Source: Octopus vulgaris
Lineage: Eukaryota
Direction of reading: 5' to 3'
DNA: 64,000 nt
Assembly: GCA_951406725.2 (NCBI GenBank)
Contig: OX597841.1
Location: forward strand, 20,832,001-20,896,000
A program made the translations under genes and the position numbers. Positions within the stretch are counted from its first letter, which is position 1, and each line of letters opens with the position of its first letter. The notes under the pieces were generated by a model. That model saw nothing but the letters and a program-made list of their open reading frames with translations, searched no databases and had not been told where the DNA came from. This document shows, one piece after another, positions 8,786-23,000 of this stretch.

Positions 8786-10466
8786 CCGTCAACTGCAACC
8801 AGCTGAACGACGATACAGCACCTTTGATCGTGAGCTCCTAGCGATCTATCTATCGCTTCGTCATTTCCAGCATCAACTTGAAGGGCGAGATTTTGTGATC
8901 TATACGGATCACAAGCCCCTTACGTTTGCCCTGTTTTCAAAAACGGACAAACTCTCACCCCGTGCTTTTCGGTACTTGGATTTTATCTCTCAATTCACTA
9001 GCAACATTCGACACATACCTGGAAAAGAGAACGTTCCTGCTGACGCTCTCTCTCGCCTTCCAGTTTGCGCCCTTTCGTCTCCTGCTGCTATCGACTTAGC
9101 TGCCATATCGCAGGAGCAGCCACCTTTGGCGTCGTTAGATTTAACTTCTCCCAAGTTCTCCTGTTGCCAGTTTTCCTACCTTCCGCTTCCGTCAGCCGAG
9201 GGCACCATTCTTTGTGACACTTCCACTGGTTCTCCCAGGCCACTGGTGCCTGAGAACCATCAACGCTCAGTGTTTGAAGCACTGCACTCCTTATCACATC
9301 CTGGCATCGCTGCCACCCTTAAACTAATCACTGCTCGGTTTTTCTGGCCGAATATGCGTCGCACTATTACTTCTTGGACACGCACCTGCTCCAAGTGTCA
9401 ACGATCCAAGATTCAACGGCACATTCGCGCCCCGCTTGGACAATTTCCCCCCACGGAGGCCCGTTTTCGCCATGTCCACATCGATCTGGTTGGACCATGG
9501 CCTGTGAGTCGCGGGTTCTCTTATCTATTAACTTGTGTCGATCGCTTCTCCCGCTGGCCAGAAGCCATTCCGATAGCAGACATTTCTGCTGAGACTGTTG
9601 CGCGAGCTTTCGTTTCAAACTGGATTTCTCGCTTCGGAGTCCCGTCCCGATTGACAACTGATCGTGGACGTCAGTTTGAGGCCTCGCTATTTCGCGAATT
9701 GTCGCGAATTTTGGGTATGCACCATATCCACACCACAAGCTACCATCCAGCGTCTAATGGATTGGTTGAGCGGTTCCATAGACAGCTCAAGGCCGCTCTT
9801 CGTGCCTCTTCAGACCCACAGTCCTGGATTGAATTTTTGCCCATTGTACTTCTCGGCTGTCGGACTGCTGTCAAGGCAGACCTGGGGTTTTCTGCTGCAG
9901 AGCTGCTGTATGGTACCACACTGGCATTGCCTGGTACGATGTTGGTGCCAGACACTTTCCAGCCCCATGATCCGGCGACCTATGTCACCAGACTGCGGGC
10001 ATATTTTTCGAACCTTCCACCTTCCCAGAAAGCAATCTCCACCGTCCCATCTTCCACCGGATATGAACACCTGGTCGCATGTTTTTGTTCGGGACGACAC
10101 TGTGAAGGGCCCACTTGATTCTCCCTAGAAAGGACCTTTTCGTGTGCTTTCTCGCACACCAAAGGTTTTCACGATGGTCGTTCGGAGACCATTTCCGTGG
10201 GCCGTTTAAAAGAGGCACATTTTGAGACGTCTTAATCTTTTGATGACAACCTTGACACACCCACCGATGCACCTTTAACAACACTTTCAACTGCACAAAC
10301 GCCTTCACCTGCACAAACACCTTCACCTGCACAGACGCCTTTGCCTTCACCGGCTCCTACAACACCACCCTCGCCGTCAACGGGTGCCCCGAGCACACCG
10401 TATGTTACAAAATCGGGCAGAACAGTGCATTGGCCCAAGAAACTTTCAAAGACAATCTACATTTAA
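8786..10466 (+). pseudogene. pol: pol fragment copy 2: RNase H C-terminal part plus integrase (core frame open, C-terminus disrupted)
   Basis: ORF 8895-10118 carries the RNase H end, HHCC zinc finger and full DDE core. No ATG start; same downstream frameshift, TAG and 10-bp deletion as copy 1. Confidence 0.93.
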
Positions 10467-10585
10467 CTTTCTTTCAAAATTTTTCTTGTTGTATGATATT
10501 ATGTACCAAGTCTTCTCGGGGATCGGCAAGCCTTCTGTTTTCTGCAGCACCACCACAAATTTTCTTGTTGCTGTACTTCGCACTC

Positions 10586-10594
10586 GGAGGGGAG
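10586..10594 (+). other. Polypurine tract 3
   Basis: GGAGGGGAG-CCC before LTR4. Confidence 0.85.
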
Positions 10595-10597
10595 CCC

Positions 10598-11014
10598 TGT
10601 AGTGATGCTACTGTGTAGGGTTCGGCGCGCATGCGCAGAATGGGACTGCTTCCAGATGGCCACCGGAAGTCTTCCCCATGCGCATGTGCGGGAAAACGTT
10701 CCCTCGAGCCCGCGAAGCTCAAACCTCCCTCTTCGGCTAAGACAGCATTGCGATCGGTCACGAATTCCGGGCTCTGACAGCCACACGACCAGCAACAAAC
10801 TTCAACCAACTTCAACGACTAACACAAAGCAGTACATCAGAGGCTGTCTTTCTCCCACCAGACAACGTACTACATCGAAATCAATAAACCAAACTACTGT
10901 CTGTTCACCCTTTTAACCTGATTTCGTCCGTATTGTTTTCTAGAATTTTATATGTGACTAGATCGGATATCGATACCCTTCAAGTGCTTCGAAAATAGAT
11001 CCTTTTTCGTTACA
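10598..11014 (+). repeat. LTR4 (3' LTR, 417 bp)
   Basis: TGTAGTGATG...CGTTACA, full length, followed directly by satellite GAGGCATGATG. Confidence 0.95.
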
Positions 11015-14000
11015 GAGGCATGATGGGTGAACGGGGCTTGTTGGTATGGACGCATGATGGGTGAACGAGGCTTGTTTGTATGGACGCATGTTGTGTGAAA
11101 GAGGCTTGTTTGTATGGAAGCATGATGTGTGAACGAGGCTTGTTTGTATGGACGCATGATGTGTGCATGAGGCCTGTTTGTATGGACGCATGATGGGTGA
11201 ACGAGGCTTGTTTGTATGGACGCATGATGTGTGAACGAGGCACGTGTGTATGGAGGCATGATGGGTAAACGAAGCTTGTTTGTATGGACGCATGATATAT
11301 CAACGAGGCATGTGTGTATGGACGCATGAGGGGTGAACGAGGGTTGTTTGTATGGACGCAAGGTGGATGAACGAGGCCTGTTTGTATGGATGCATGATGG
11401 GTGAACGATGCTTGTTTGTATGGACGCATGATGTGCGAACGAGGCTTGTTTGTATGGATGCATGATGGGTGAACGAGGCTTGTTTGTATGGACGCATGAT
11501 GTGTGAACGAGGCTTGTTTGTATGGACGCATGATGGGTGAACGAGGCTTGTTTGTATGGACGCATGATGTGTGAACGAGGCTTGTTTGTATGGACGCATG
11601 ATGTGTGAACGAGGCTTGTTTGTATGGACGCATGATGTGTGAACGAGGCTTGTTTGTATGGACGCATGATGTGTGAACGAGGCTTGTTTGTATGGACGCA
11701 TGATGGGTTAACGAGGCTTGTTTGTATGGACGCATGATGGTTGAACGAGGCTTGTTTGTATGGACGCATGATGTGTGAACGAGGCTTGTTTGTATGGACG
11801 CATGATTGGTTAACGAGGCTTGTTTGTATGGACGCATGATGGGTTAAAGAGGCTTGTTTGTATGGACGCATGATGTGTGAACGAGGCTTGTTTGTATGGA
11901 CGCATGATGGGTTAACGAGGCTTGTTTGTATGGACGCATGATTGGTTAACGAGGCTTGTTTGTATGGACGCATGATGTGAACGAGGCTTGTTTGTATGGA
12001 CGCATGATGTTTGAACGAGGCTTGTTTGTATGGACGCATGATGGGTTAACGAGGCTTGTTTGTATGGACGCATGATGGGTTAACGATGCTTGTTTGTATG
12101 GACGCATGATTGTTTAACGAGGCTTGTTTGTATGGACGCATGATGGGTTAACGATGCTTGTTTGTATGGACGCATGATGGGTTAACGATGCTTGTTTGTA
12201 TGGACGCATGATGGGTTAACGAGGCTTGTTTGTATGGACGCATGATGGGTTAACGATGCTTGTTTGTATGGACGCATGATTGGTTAACGAGGCTTGTTTG
12301 TATGGACGCATGATGGGTGAACGAGGCTTGTTTGTATGGACGCATGATGTTTGAACGAGACTTGTTTGTATGGACGCATGATGGGTTAACGATGCTTGTT
12401 TGTATGGACGCATGATTGGTTAACGAGGCTTGTTTGTATGGACGCATGATGTGAACGAGGCTTGTTTGTATGGACGCATGATGTGTGAACGAGGCTTGTT
12501 TGTATGGACGCATGATGGGTTAACGATGCTTGTTTGTATGGACGCATGATGTGTGAACGATGCTTGTTTGTATGGACGCATGATGGGTTAACGATGCTTG
12601 TTTGTATGGACGCATGATTGGTTAACGAGGCTTGTTTGTATGGACGCATGATTGGTTAACGAGGCTTGTTTGTATGGACGCATGATTGGTTAACGAGGCT
12701 TGTTTGTATGGACGCATGATGGATGAACGAGGCTTGTTTGTATGGACGCATGATGTGAACGAGGCTTGTTTGTATGGACGCATGATTGGTTAACGAGGCT
12801 TGTTTGTATGGACGCATGATTGGTTAACGAGGCTTGTTTGTATGGACGCATGATGGGTTAACGAGGCTTGTTTGTATGGACGCATGATGTGTGAACGAGG
12901 CTTGTTTGTATGGACGCATGATGGATGAACGAGGCTTGTTTGTATGGACGCATGATGTGTGAACGAGGCTTGTTTGTATGGACGCATGATGGGTGAACGA
13001 GGCTTGTTTGTATGGACGCATGACGGTGAACGAGGCTTGTTTGTATGGACGCATGATGTGTGAACGAGGCTTGTTTGTATGGACGCATGATGTGTGAACG
13101 AGGCTTGTTTGTATGGACGCATGATGTTTGAACGAGGCTTGTTTGTATGGACGCATGATGTGTGAACGTGGCTTGTTTGTATGGACGCATGATGTGTGAA
13201 CGAGGCTTGTTTGTATGGACGCATGATGGTGAACGAGGCTTGTTTGTATGGACGCATGATGTGTTAACGAGGCTTGTTTGTATGGACGCATGATGTGTGA
13301 ACGAGGCTTGTTTGTATGGACGCATGATGTGTGAACGAGGCTTGTTTGTATGGACGCATGATGTGTGAACGATGCTTGTTTGTATGGACGCATGATGTGT
13401 GAACGAGGCTTGTTTGTATGGACGCATGATGGGTTAACGAGGCTTGTTTGTATGGACGCATGATGGGTTAACGAGGCTTGTTTGTATGGACGCATGATGT
13501 GTGAACGAGGCTTGTTTGTATGGACGCATGATTGGTTAACGAGGCTTGTTTGTATGGACGCATGATGGGTGAACGAGGCTTGTTTGTATGGACGCATGAT
13601 GTGTGAACGAGGCTTGTTTGTATGGACGCATGATGGATGAACGAGGCTTGTTTGTATGGACGCATGATGTGTGAACGAGGCTTGTTTGTATGGACGCATG
13701 ATGGGTTAACGAGGCTTGTTTGTATGGACGCATGATTGGTTAACGATGCTTGTTTGTATGGACGCATGATGGGTTAACGAGGCTTGTTTGTATGGACGCA
13801 TGATGTGTGAACGAGGCTTGTTTGTATGGACGCATGATGTGTGAACGAGGCTTGTTTGTATGGACGCATGATGGGTTAACGAGGCTTGTTTGTATGGACG
13901 CATGATGTGTGAACGAGGCTTGTTTGTATGGACGCATGATGGATGAACGAGGCTTGTTTGTATGGACGCATGATGTGTGAACGAGGCTTGTTTGTATGGA

Positions 14001-17000
14001 CGCATGATTGGTTAACGAGGCTTGTTTGTATGGACGCATGATGGACGAACGAGGCTTGTTTGTATGGACGCATGATGTGTGAACGAGGCTTGTTTGTATG
14101 GACGCATGATGGGTGAACGAGGCTAGTTTGTATGGACGCATGATGTGTGAACGAAGCTTGTTTGTATGGACGCATGATGTGTGAACGAGGCTTGTTTGTA
14201 TGGACGCATGATGGGTTAACGAGGCTTGTTTGTATGGACGCATGATGTGTGAACGAGGCTTGTTTGTATGGACGCATGATGTGTGAACGAGGCTTGTTTG
14301 TATGGACGCATGATGTGTGAACGAGGCTGTTTGTATGGACGCATGATGTGTGAACGAGGCTTGTTTGTATGGACGCATGATGTGTGAACGAGGCTGTTTG
14401 TATGGACGCATGATGTGTGAACGAGGCTTGTTTGTATGGACGCATGATGGGTTAACGATGCTTGTTTGTATGGACGCATGATGGGTGAACGAGGCTTGTT
14501 TGTATGGACGCATGATGTGTGAACGAGGCTTGTTTGTATGGACGCATGATGTGTGAACGAGGCTTGTTTGTATGGACGCATGATGGGTGAACGATGCTTG
14601 TTTGTATGGACGCATGATGGATGAACGAGGCTTGTTTGTATGGACGCATGATGTGTGAACGATGCTTGTTTGTATGGACGCATGATTGGTTAACGAGGCT
14701 TGTTTGTATGGACGCATGATGTGTGAACGAGGCTTGTTTGTATGGACGCATGATTGGTTAACGAGGCTTGTTTGTATGGACGCATGATGGGTTAACGATG
14801 CTTGTTTGTATGGACGCATGATGGATGAACGAGGCTTGTTTGTATGGACGCATGATGTGTGAACGATGCTTGTTTGTATGGACGCATGATGGGTTAACGA
14901 GGCTTGTTTGTATGGACGCATGATGGGTTAACGATGCTTGTTTGTATGGACGCATGATGTGTGAACGAGGCTTGTTTGTATGGACGCATGATGTGTTAAC
15001 GATGCTTGTTTGTATGGACGCATGATGGGTTAACGATGCTTGTTTGTATGGACGCATGATGGGTTAACGATGCTTGTTTGTATGGACGCATGATGGGTTA
15101 ACGATGCTTGTTTGTATGGACGCATGATTGGTTAACGAGGCTTGTTTGTATGGACGCATGATGTGAACGATGCTTGTTTGTATGGACGCATGATGGATGA
15201 ACGAGGCTTGTTTGTATGGAGTCATGATTGGTTAACGATGCTTGTTTGTATGGACGCATGATGGGTTAACGAGGCTTGTTTGTATGGACGCATGATGGGT
15301 TAACGAGGCTTGTTTGTATGGACGCATGATTGGTTAACGAGGCTTGTTTGTATGGACGCATGATGTGTGAACGAGGCTTGTTTGTATGGACGCATGATGT
15401 GTGAACGAGGCTTGTTTGTATGGACGCATGATGGGTTAACGAGGCTTGTTTGTATGGACGCATGATGGGTTAACGAGGCTTGTTTGTATGGACGCATGAT
15501 TGGTTAACGAGGCTTGTTTGTATGGACGCATGATGGATGAACGAGTCTTGTTTGCATGGACGCATGATGGATGAACGAGTCTTGTTTGCATGGACGCATG
15601 ATTCGTTACCGAGGTTTGTTTGTATGGACGCATGATGGGTTAACGGTGCTTGTTTGTATGGACGCATGATGTGTGAACGAGGCTTGTTTGTATGGACGCA
15701 TGATGGGTTAACTATGCTTGTTTGTAAGGACGCATGATGTGAACGATGCTTGTTTGTATGGATGCATGATGGGTTAACGACGCTTGTTTGTATGGACGCA
15801 TGATGGGTTAACGAGGCTTGTTTGTATGGACGCATGATGGGTTAACGAGGCTTGTTTGTATGGACGCATGATTGGTTAACGAGGCTTGTTTGTATGGACG
15901 CATGATGGGTGAACGAGGCTTGTTTGTATGGACGCATGATGTGTGAACGAAGCTTGTTTGTATGGACGCATGATGTGTGAACGAGGCTTCTTTCTCTGGA
16001 CGCATGATGGGTTAACGAGGCTAGTTTGTATGGACGCATGATGTGTGAACGAGGTTGTTTGTATAGACGAATGATGGGTTACCGAGGCTTGTGTGTATGG
16101 ACGCATGATGTGTGAACGAGACTCGTTTGTATGGACGCATGATGTGTGAACGAGGCTTGTTTGTATGGACGCATGATGGTTGAACGAGGCTTGTTTGTAT
16201 GGACGCATGATGGGTTAACGAGGCTTGTTTGTATGGACGCATGATGTGTTGAACGAGGCTTGTTTGTATGGACGCATGATGGGTTAACGATGCTTGTTTG
16301 TATGAACGCATAATGGATAAACGATGCTTGTTGCTATGGACGAATGATGTGTGAACGGTGCTTGTTTGTATGGACGCATGATTGGTTAACGAGGCTTGTT
16401 TGTATGGACGCATGATTGTGAACGAGGCTTGTTTGTATGGACGCATGATGTGTGAACGATGCTTGTTTGTATGGACGCATGATGTGTGAACGAGGCTTGT
16501 TTGTATGGACGCATGATGGTTGAACGAGGCTTGTTTGTATGGACGCATGATGTGTGAACGAGGCTTGTTTGTATGGACGCATGATGGGTGAACGATGCTT
16601 GTTTGTATGGACGCATGATGTGTTAACGAGGCTTGTTTGTATGGACGCATGATGGGTTAACGAGGCTTGTTTCTATGGACGCATGATGTGTGAACGAGGC
16701 TTGTTTGTATGGACGCATGATGTGTGAACGAGGCTTGTTTGTATGGACGCATGATGGTTGAACGAGGCATGTTTGTATGGACGCATGATGTGTGAACGAG
16801 GCTTGTTTGTATGGACGCATGATGGTTAACGAGGCTTGTTTGTATGGACGCATGATGTGTGAACGAGGCTTGTTTGTATGGACGCATGATTGGTTAACGA
16901 GGCTTGTTTGTATGGACGCATGATGTGTGAACGAGGCTTGTTTGTATGGACGCATGATGGGTTAACGAGGCTTGTTTGTATGGACGCATGATTGGTTAAC

Positions 17001-20000
17001 GAGGCTTGTTTGTATGGACGCATGATGTGTGAACGAGGCTTGTTTGTATGGACGCATGATTGGTTAACGAGGCTTGTTTGTATGGACGCATGATGGGTTA
17101 ACGAGGCTTGTTTGTATGGACGCATGATTGGTTAACGAGGCTTGTTTGTATGGACGCATGATGTGTGAACGATGCTTGTTTGTATGGACGCATGATGGTT
17201 GAACGAGGCTTGTTTGTATGGACGCATGATGGGTTAACGATGCTTGTTTGTATGGACGCATGATGGGTTAACGAGGCTTGTTTGTATGGACGCATGATTG
17301 GGTTAACGAGGCTTGTTTGTATGGATGCATGATGGGTTAACGATGCTTGTTTGTATGGACGCATGATGGGTTAACGAGGCTTGTTTCTATGGACGCATGA
17401 TTGTTTAACGAGGCTTGTTTGTATAGACGCATGATGTGCGAACGAGGCTTGTTTGTATAGACGCATGATGGGTGAACGAGGCTTGTTTGTATGGACGCAT
17501 GATTGGTTAACGAGGCTTGTTTGTATGGACGCATGATTGGTTAACGAGGCTTGTTTGTATGGACGCATGATGGGTGAACGAGGCTTGTTTGTATGGACGC
17601 ATGATGGGTTAACGATGCTTGTTTGTATGGACGCATGATGGGTTAACGAGGCTTGTTTGTATGGACGCATGATGGGTTAACGAGGCTTGTTTGTATGGAC
17701 GCATGATGTGTGAACGAGGCTTGTTTGTATGGACGCATGATGTGTGTGAACGAGGCTTGTTTGTATGGACGCATGATGTGTGAACGATGCTTGTTTGTAT
17801 GGACGCATGATGGGTTAACGAGGCTTGTTTGTATGGACGCATGATGGGTTAACGAGGCTTGTTTGTATGGACGCATGATTGGTGAACGAGGCTTGTTTGT
17901 ATGGACGCATGATTGGTTAACGAGGCTTGTTTGTATGGACGCATGATGGGTTAACGATGCTTGTTTGTATGGACACATGATGGATGAACGAGGCTTGTTT
18001 GTATGGACGCATGATGTGTTAACGAGGCTTGTTTGTATGGACGCATGATGGGTTAACGAGGCTTGTTTGTATGGACGCATGATGGGTTAACGATGCTTGT
18101 TTGTATGGACACATGATGGATGAACGAGGCTTGTTTGTATGGACGCATGATTGGTTAACGAGGCTTGTTTGTATGGACGCATGATTGGTTAACGATGCTT
18201 GTTTGTATGGACGCATGATGGGTTAACGATGCTTGTTTGTATGGACGCATGATGTGTGAACGAGGCTTGTTTGTATGGACGCATGATTGGTTAACGAGGC
18301 TTGTTTGTATGGACGCATGATGGGTTAACGATGCTTGTTTGTATGGACACATGATGGATGAACGAGGCTTGTTTGTATGGACGCATGATGTGTGTACGAG
18401 GCTTGTTTGTATGGAGTCATGATTGGTTAACGAGGCTTGTTTGTATGGACGCATGATGGGTTAACGATGCTTGTTTGTATGGACGCATGATGTGTGAACG
18501 AGGCTTGTTTGTATGGACGCATGATTGGTTAACGAGGCTTGTTTGTATGGACGCATGATGGGTTAAAAATGCTTGTTTGTATGGACGCATGATGGGTTAA
18601 CGATGCTTGTTTGTATGGACGCATGATGTGTGTACGAGGCTTGTTTGTATGGACGCATGATTGGTTAACGAGGCTTGTTTGTATGGACGCATGATGGGTT
18701 AACGATGCTTGTTTGTATGGACACATGATGGATGAACGAGGCTTGTTTGTATGGACGCATGATGTGTGACGAGGCTTGTTTGTATGGACGCATGATTGGT
18801 TAACGATGCTTGTTTGTATGGACGCATGATGGGTTAACGATGCTTGTTTGTATGGACGCATGATGGATGAACGAGGCTTGTTTGTATGGACGCATGATTG
18901 GTTAACGAGGCTTGTTTGTATGGACGCATGATTGGTTAACGATGCTTGTTTGTATGGACGCATGATGGGTTAACGATGGCTTGTTTGTATGGACGCATGA
19001 TGTGTGAACGAGGCTTGTTTGTATGGACGCATGATTGGTTAACGAGGCTTGTTTGTATGGACGCATGATGGGTTAACTATGCTTGTTTGTAAGGATGCAT
19101 GATGTGAACGAGGCTTGTTTGTATGGACGCATGATGGATGAACGAGGCTTGTTTGTATGGACGCATGATTGGTTAACGAGGCTTGTTTGTATGGACGCAT
19201 GATTGTTTAACGATGCTTGTTTGTATGGACGCATGATGGTTGAACGAGGCTTGTTTGTATGGACGCATGATGTGTGAACGAGGCTTGTTTCTATGGACGC
19301 ATGATGGGTTAACGATGCTTGTTTGTATGGACGCATGATGGGTGAACGAGGCTTGTTTGTATGGACGCATGATGGGTTAACGGATGCTTGTTTGTATGGA
19401 CGCATGATGTGTGAACGATGGCTTGTTTGTATGGACGCATGATGGGTTAACGAGGCTTGTTTGTATGGACGCATGATGGGTTAACTATGCTTGTTTGTAA
19501 GGATGCATGATGTGAACGAGGCTTGTTTGTATGGACGCATGATGGGTTAACGAGGCTTGTTTGTATGGACGCATGATGGGTTAACGAGGCTTGTTTGTAT
19601 GGACGCATGATTGGTTAACGAGGCTTGTTTGTATGGACGCATGATGTGTTAACGAGGCTTGTTTGTATGGACGCATGATTGGTTAACGATGCTTGTTTGT
19701 ATGGACGCATGATGGGTTAACGATGCTTGTTTGTATGGACGCATGATGGTTTAACGTGGCTTGTTTGTATGGACGCATGATGTGTGAACGATGCTTGTTT
19801 GTATGGACGCATGATGTGTGAACGATGCTTGTTTGTATGGACGCATGATGTGTGAACGATGCTTGTTTGTATGGACGCATGATGGGTTAACGAGGCTTGT
19901 TTGTATGGACGCATGATGGGTTAACGAGGCTTGTTTGTATGGACGCATGATGGATGAACGAGGCTTGTTTGTATGGACGCATGATTGGTTAACGATGCTT

Positions 20001-23000
20001 GTTTGTATGGACGCATGATGGATGAACGAGGCTTGTTTGTATGGACGCATGATTGGTTAACGATGCTTGTTTGTATGGACGCATGATGGGTTAACGATGC
20101 TTGTTTGTATGGACGCATGATGGGTTAACGATGCTTGTTTGTATGGACGCATGATTGGTTAACGAGGCTTGTTTGTATGGACGCATGATTGGTTAACGAG
20201 GCTTGTTTGTATGGACGCATGATTGGTTAACGAGGCTTGTTTGTATGGACGCATGATGGTTTAACGAGGCTTGTTTGTATGGACGCATGATTGGTTAACG
20301 AGGCTTGTTTGTATGGACGCATGATTGGTTAACGAGGCTTGTTTGTATGGACGCATAATGGATGAACGAGGCTTGTTTGTATGGACGCATGATGTGTTAA
20401 CGATGCTTGTTTGTATGGACGCATGATGGATGAACGAGGCTTGTTTGTATGGACGCATGATGGGTTAACGATGCTTGTTTGTATGGACGCATGATTGTTT
20501 AACGAGGCTTGTTTGTATGGACGCATGATTCGTTAACGAGGCTTGTTTGTATGGACGCATAATGGATGAACGAGGCTTGTTTGTATGGACGCATGATGTG
20601 TGAACGAGGCTTGTTTGTATGGACGCATGATGTGTGAACGATGCTTGTTTGTATGGACGCATGATCGGTTAACGATGCTTGTTTGTATGGACGCATGATG
20701 GGTTAACTATGCTTGTTTGTAAGGACGCATGATGTGAACGATGCTTGTTTGTATGGACGCATGATGTGTGAACGATGCTTGTTTGTATGGATGCATGATG
20801 GGTTAACGACGCTTGTTTGTATGTACGCATGATGGGTTAACGAGGCTTGTTTCTATGGACGGATGATTGTTTAACGAGGCTTCTTTGTATGGACGCATGA
20901 TGGGTGAACGAGGCTTGTTTGTATGGACGCATGATGGATTAACGAGGCTTGTTTGTATGGACGCATGATTGGTTAACGAGGCTTGTTTGTATGGACGCAT
21001 GATGTGTGTACGAGGCTTATTTGTATGGACGCATGATTGGTTAACGAGGCTTGTTTGTATGGACGCCTGATGTGAACGATGCTTGTATGCATGGACGCAT
21101 GATGAATGAACGAGGCTTGTTTGTATGGACGCATGATTGGTTAACGATGCTTGTTTGTATGGACGCATGATGGTTTAACGTTGCTTGTTTGTATGGACGA
21201 ATGATTGGTTAACGAGGCTTGTTTGTATGGACGCATGATGTGTGAACGATGCCTGTTTGTATGGACGCATGATGGGTTAACGATTCTTATTTGTATGGAC
21301 GCATGATGGATGAACGATGCTTGTTTGTATGGACGCATGATGGGTTAACGATGCTTGTTTGTATGGACGCATGATGTGTGAACGATGGTTGTTTGTATGG
21401 ACGCATGATGGTTTAACGATTCTTGTTTGTATGGACGCATGATGGGTTAACTATGCTTGTTTGTATGGATGCATGAATTCCAAACGAGGCTTGTTTGTGT
21501 AGACGCATGATGGGTTAAAGATGCTTGTTTGTATGGACGCATGATGGGTGAACAAGGCATGTTTGTATGGAGGCATGATGTGTGAACGAGGCTTCTTTGT
21601 ATGGACGCATGATTGGTTAACGAGGCTTGTTGGTATGGACGCATGATGTGCGTACGAGGCTTGTTTGTATGGACGCATGATTGGTTAACGATGCTTCTTT
21701 GTATGGACGCATGATGGGTTAACGATGCTTGTTTGTATGGACGCATGATTGGTTAACGATGCTTGTTTGTATGGACGCTTGATTGGTTAACGAGGCTTGA
21801 TTGTATGGACGCATGATTGGTTAACGATGCTTGTTTGTATGGACGCATGATGTGTGAACGAGGCTTGTTTGTATGGACGCATGATGTGTGAACGAGGCTT
21901 GTTTGTATGGACGCATGATTGGTTAACGAGGCTTGTTTGTATGGACGCATAATGGATGAACGAGGCTTGTTTGTATGGACGCATGATGGGTTAACGATGC
22001 TTGTTTGTATGGACGCATGATGGATGAACGAGGCTTGTTTGTATGGACGCATGATGGGTTAACGATGCTTGTTTTTATGGACGCATGATTGTTTAACGAG
22101 GCTTGTTTGTGTCGACGCATGATTGGTTAACGAGGCTTGTTTGTATGGACGCATAATGGATGAACGATGCTTGTTTGTATGGACGCATGATGTGTGAACG
22201 AGGCTTGTTTGTATGGACGCATGATGGGTGAACGAGGCTTGTTTGTATGAACGCATGATTGGTTAACGAGGCTTGTTTGTATGGACGCATGATGTGTGTA
22301 CGAGGCTTGTTTGTATGGACGCATGATTGGTTAACGATGCTCATTTGTTTGGACGCATGATGGGTTAACGGTGCTTGTTTGTATGGACGCATGATGGGTT
22401 AACGATGCTTGTTTGTATGGACGCATGATTGGCTAACGAGGCTTGTTTGTATGGACGCATGATGGGTTAACGATGCTTGTTTGTATGGACGCATGATTGT
22501 TTAACGAGGCTTGTTTGTATGGACGCATGATGTGTGAACGAGGCTTCTTTGTATGGACGCATGATTGGTTAACGAGGCTTGTTGGTATGGACGCATGATG
22601 TGCGTACGAGGCTTGTTTGTATGGACGCATGATTGGTTAACGATGCTTGTTTGTATGGACGCATGATGGGTTAACGATGCTTGTTTGTATGGACGCATGA
22701 TTGGTTAACGATGCTTGTTTGTATGGACGCATGATTGGTTAACGAGGCTTGATTGTATGGACGCATGATTGGTTAACGATGCTTGTTTGTATGGACGCAT
22801 GATGTGTGAACGAGGCTTGTTTGTATGGACGCATGATGTGAACGAGGCTTGTTTGTATGGACGCATGATTGGTTAACGAGGCTTGTTTGTATGGACGCAT
22901 AATGGATGAACGAGGCTTGTTTGTATGGACGCATGATGGGTTAACGATGCTTGTTTGTATGGACGCATGATGGATGAACGAGGCTTGTTTGTATGGACGC

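Larger units (their letters stand above)
5341..11014 (+). mobile_element. Composite defective Ty3/Gypsy LTR retrotransposon (CsRn1-like), four LTRs in tandem
   Basis: TG...CA LTRs, tRNA-Trp PBS, three PPTs, and RNase H followed by integrase (Gypsy order). Layout: LTR1-PBS-IN tail-PPT-LTR2(trunc)-RH/IN-PPT-LTR3(trunc)-RH/IN-PPT-LTR4. No gag, protease or RT. The clade assignment rests on the Trp PBS and motif similarity, not on a search. Confidence 0.95.

Noticed and set aside
5341-11014. Intact autonomous retrotransposon or domesticated integrase gene
   Set aside because: No gag, protease or RT; the pol fragments lack a proper start and carry frameshifts and stops.
5341-11014. Telomere-maintaining retrotransposon array (HeT-A/TART or TRAS/SART type)
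   Set aside because: Those are non-LTR elements with poly(A) tails located at or in telomeric repeats. This is an LTR element without RT, 5 kb from the TTAGGG tract, and LTR recombination explains its tandem structure.
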